A program made the translations under genes and the position numbers. This document shows positions 57,732-58,455 of a stretch of DNA of 58,455 bases, in pieces. Position 1 is the first letter of the stretch; the number at the start of each line of letters is the position of its first letter. Origin of the DNA: an uncultured Chthoniobacterales bacterium (GTDB lineage Bacteria; Verrucomicrobiota; Verrucomicrobiia; Chthoniobacterales; CALDSX01); contig CAZZCL010000007.1 in the NCBI GenBank assembly GCA_964652295.1, positions 1-58,455 of the forward strand. The letters are read 5' to 3'. The notes under the pieces were generated by a model, which did not search any database, had not been told where the DNA came from, and saw nothing but the letters and a program-made list of their open reading frames with translations.

Positions 57732-58455
57732 ATGGCAACGAATCATCGCTTCCAATTCCTAAAGAACTTCCCGGCGGCCGTCCTCCTCGCCGGAACGGTC
57801 GTGCCCGTCGCCGCTCCGGCGGAAGATTCCCCGGCCCCCCGCCCAAATATCGTCTTGGTAAATTTGGACGATGCCGGGTATGGCGATTTCGCATGCTTTG
57901 GTGCCACGAAGCAGGAGACACCGAACATCGATCGCCTGGCGGCGGAGGGTGCGCGCCTGACCTCGGTCTATGGCGCACCGGTCTGCACGCCGTCGCGGTC
58001 CGCCTTGATGACGGGTTGCTACCCGCCGCGGGTGGGGATGTCCCGCATTCATTTCCCCGGTCGCACTTACGGGCTGAATCCAGAGGAGACGACCCTGCCG
58101 GAGATGCTCAAGGGCGCAGGCTATCGCACGCACATGGTCGGGAAATGGCATCTCGGCGACCAGCCGGGCGCCATGCCGCCCGATCACGGTTTTGATTCGT
58201 GGTTCGGCATTCCCTATTCCAACGATATGTGGGAACAAGCGGGCTCTCCGCCGTTGCCGCTCATGCGCGACCGCAACGCCATCGAACGGATCGCGACCCA
58301 GGAGCACCAGCAGGCCTTGACCCGCCGCTTCAGCGAGGAAGCTGTCCGCATCATCAACGAATCCGACGGCACGCCCTTCTTTCTGTATCTAGCCCACATG
58401 GCCGTGCACATTCCCGTCAATCCAGGCCCTGAGTTTCATGGCAAGTCCGACAATG
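57732..58455 (+). CDS. Secreted arylsulfatase-A-like Cys-type sulfatase, 3'-truncated by the window edge (not in the ORF track)
   Basis: My own translation from ATG 57732 is MATNHRFQFLKNFPAAVLLAGTVVPVAAPA...NIVLVNLDDAGYGDFACFG...CTPSRSALMTGCYPPRVGM...GKWHLGD...FFLYLAHMAVH. It is a clear paralogue of the 53011 gene. The frame stays open to the end of the window. Confidence 0.85.
   Translation, partial: MATNHRFQFLKNFPAAVLLAGTVVPVAAPAEDSPAPRPNIVLVNLDDAGYGDFACFGATKQETPNIDRLAAEGARLTSVYGAPVCTPSRSALMTGCYPPRVGMSRIHFPGRTYGLNPEETTLPEMLKGAGYRTHMVGKWHLGDQPGAMPPDHGFDSWFGIPYSNDMWEQAGSPPLPLMRDRNAIERIATQEHQQALTRRFSEEAVRIINESDGTPFFLYLAHMAVHIPVNPGPEFHGKSDN

Noticed and set aside
1-58455. A search by eye for tRNA, rRNA, riboswitch or other structured RNA genes.
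   Set aside because: I found no T-loop (GGTTCGAAT-like) or rRNA-like segments. The intergenic regions are short, apart from those discussed above.

Overview
GC-rich bacterial chromosomal segment. The gene content suggests a PVC-superphylum (Verrucomicrobiota-like) degrader of sulfated polysaccharides; this taxonomic call is inference from gene content and pseudopilin types. Coding density is high, with many 4-8 nt start/stop overlaps. I found no rRNA, tRNA or CRISPR. Layout: (i) 164-10898 (+), a seven-gene coupled operon of four Cys-type sulfatases, GH63-like and GH116-like hydrolases and an SGNH esterase. (ii) 11092-14355 (+), a 1087-aa PQQ-like beta-propeller protein. (iii) 14581-22896 (+), a six-gene cassette encoding a GspH/I/J/K-like minor-pseudopilin set. 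Its K-like member is expanded to 1532 aa, two secreted unknowns accompany it, and no secretion or pilus machinery is present. (iv) 22898-23988, a decayed IS1380-family element with imperfect terminal inverted repeats and a 5-bp target-site duplication that includes the stop codon of the last cassette gene. (v) 24129-39533, a GPH transporter, a 49-aa EF-hand micro-ORF, a minus-strand 6-deoxyhexose-type catabolic operon (isomerase, mutarotase, DapA-type aldolase, lactonase, ThuA, Tat-exported VOC, GH5-like, a 711-aa unknown), an RHH-LacI fusion regulator, an AraC regulator, and an SDR plus Gfo/Idh/MocA pair. (vi) 39576-41009, a mosaic pseudogene (beta-helix, LamG, sulfatase C-terminus). (vii) 43024-58455 (+), a DUF1559-type pseudopilin, a ~2050-aa multidomain RCC1/PA14/Ig protein, two GH-A-like enzymes and two paralogous sulfatases. 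The most interesting signals are the orphan giant-pseudopilin cassette, a ~118-aa C-terminal module shared by the giant protein and a sulfatase, and a conserved promoter/leader element duplicated in front of the pseudopilin gene and the giant gene.
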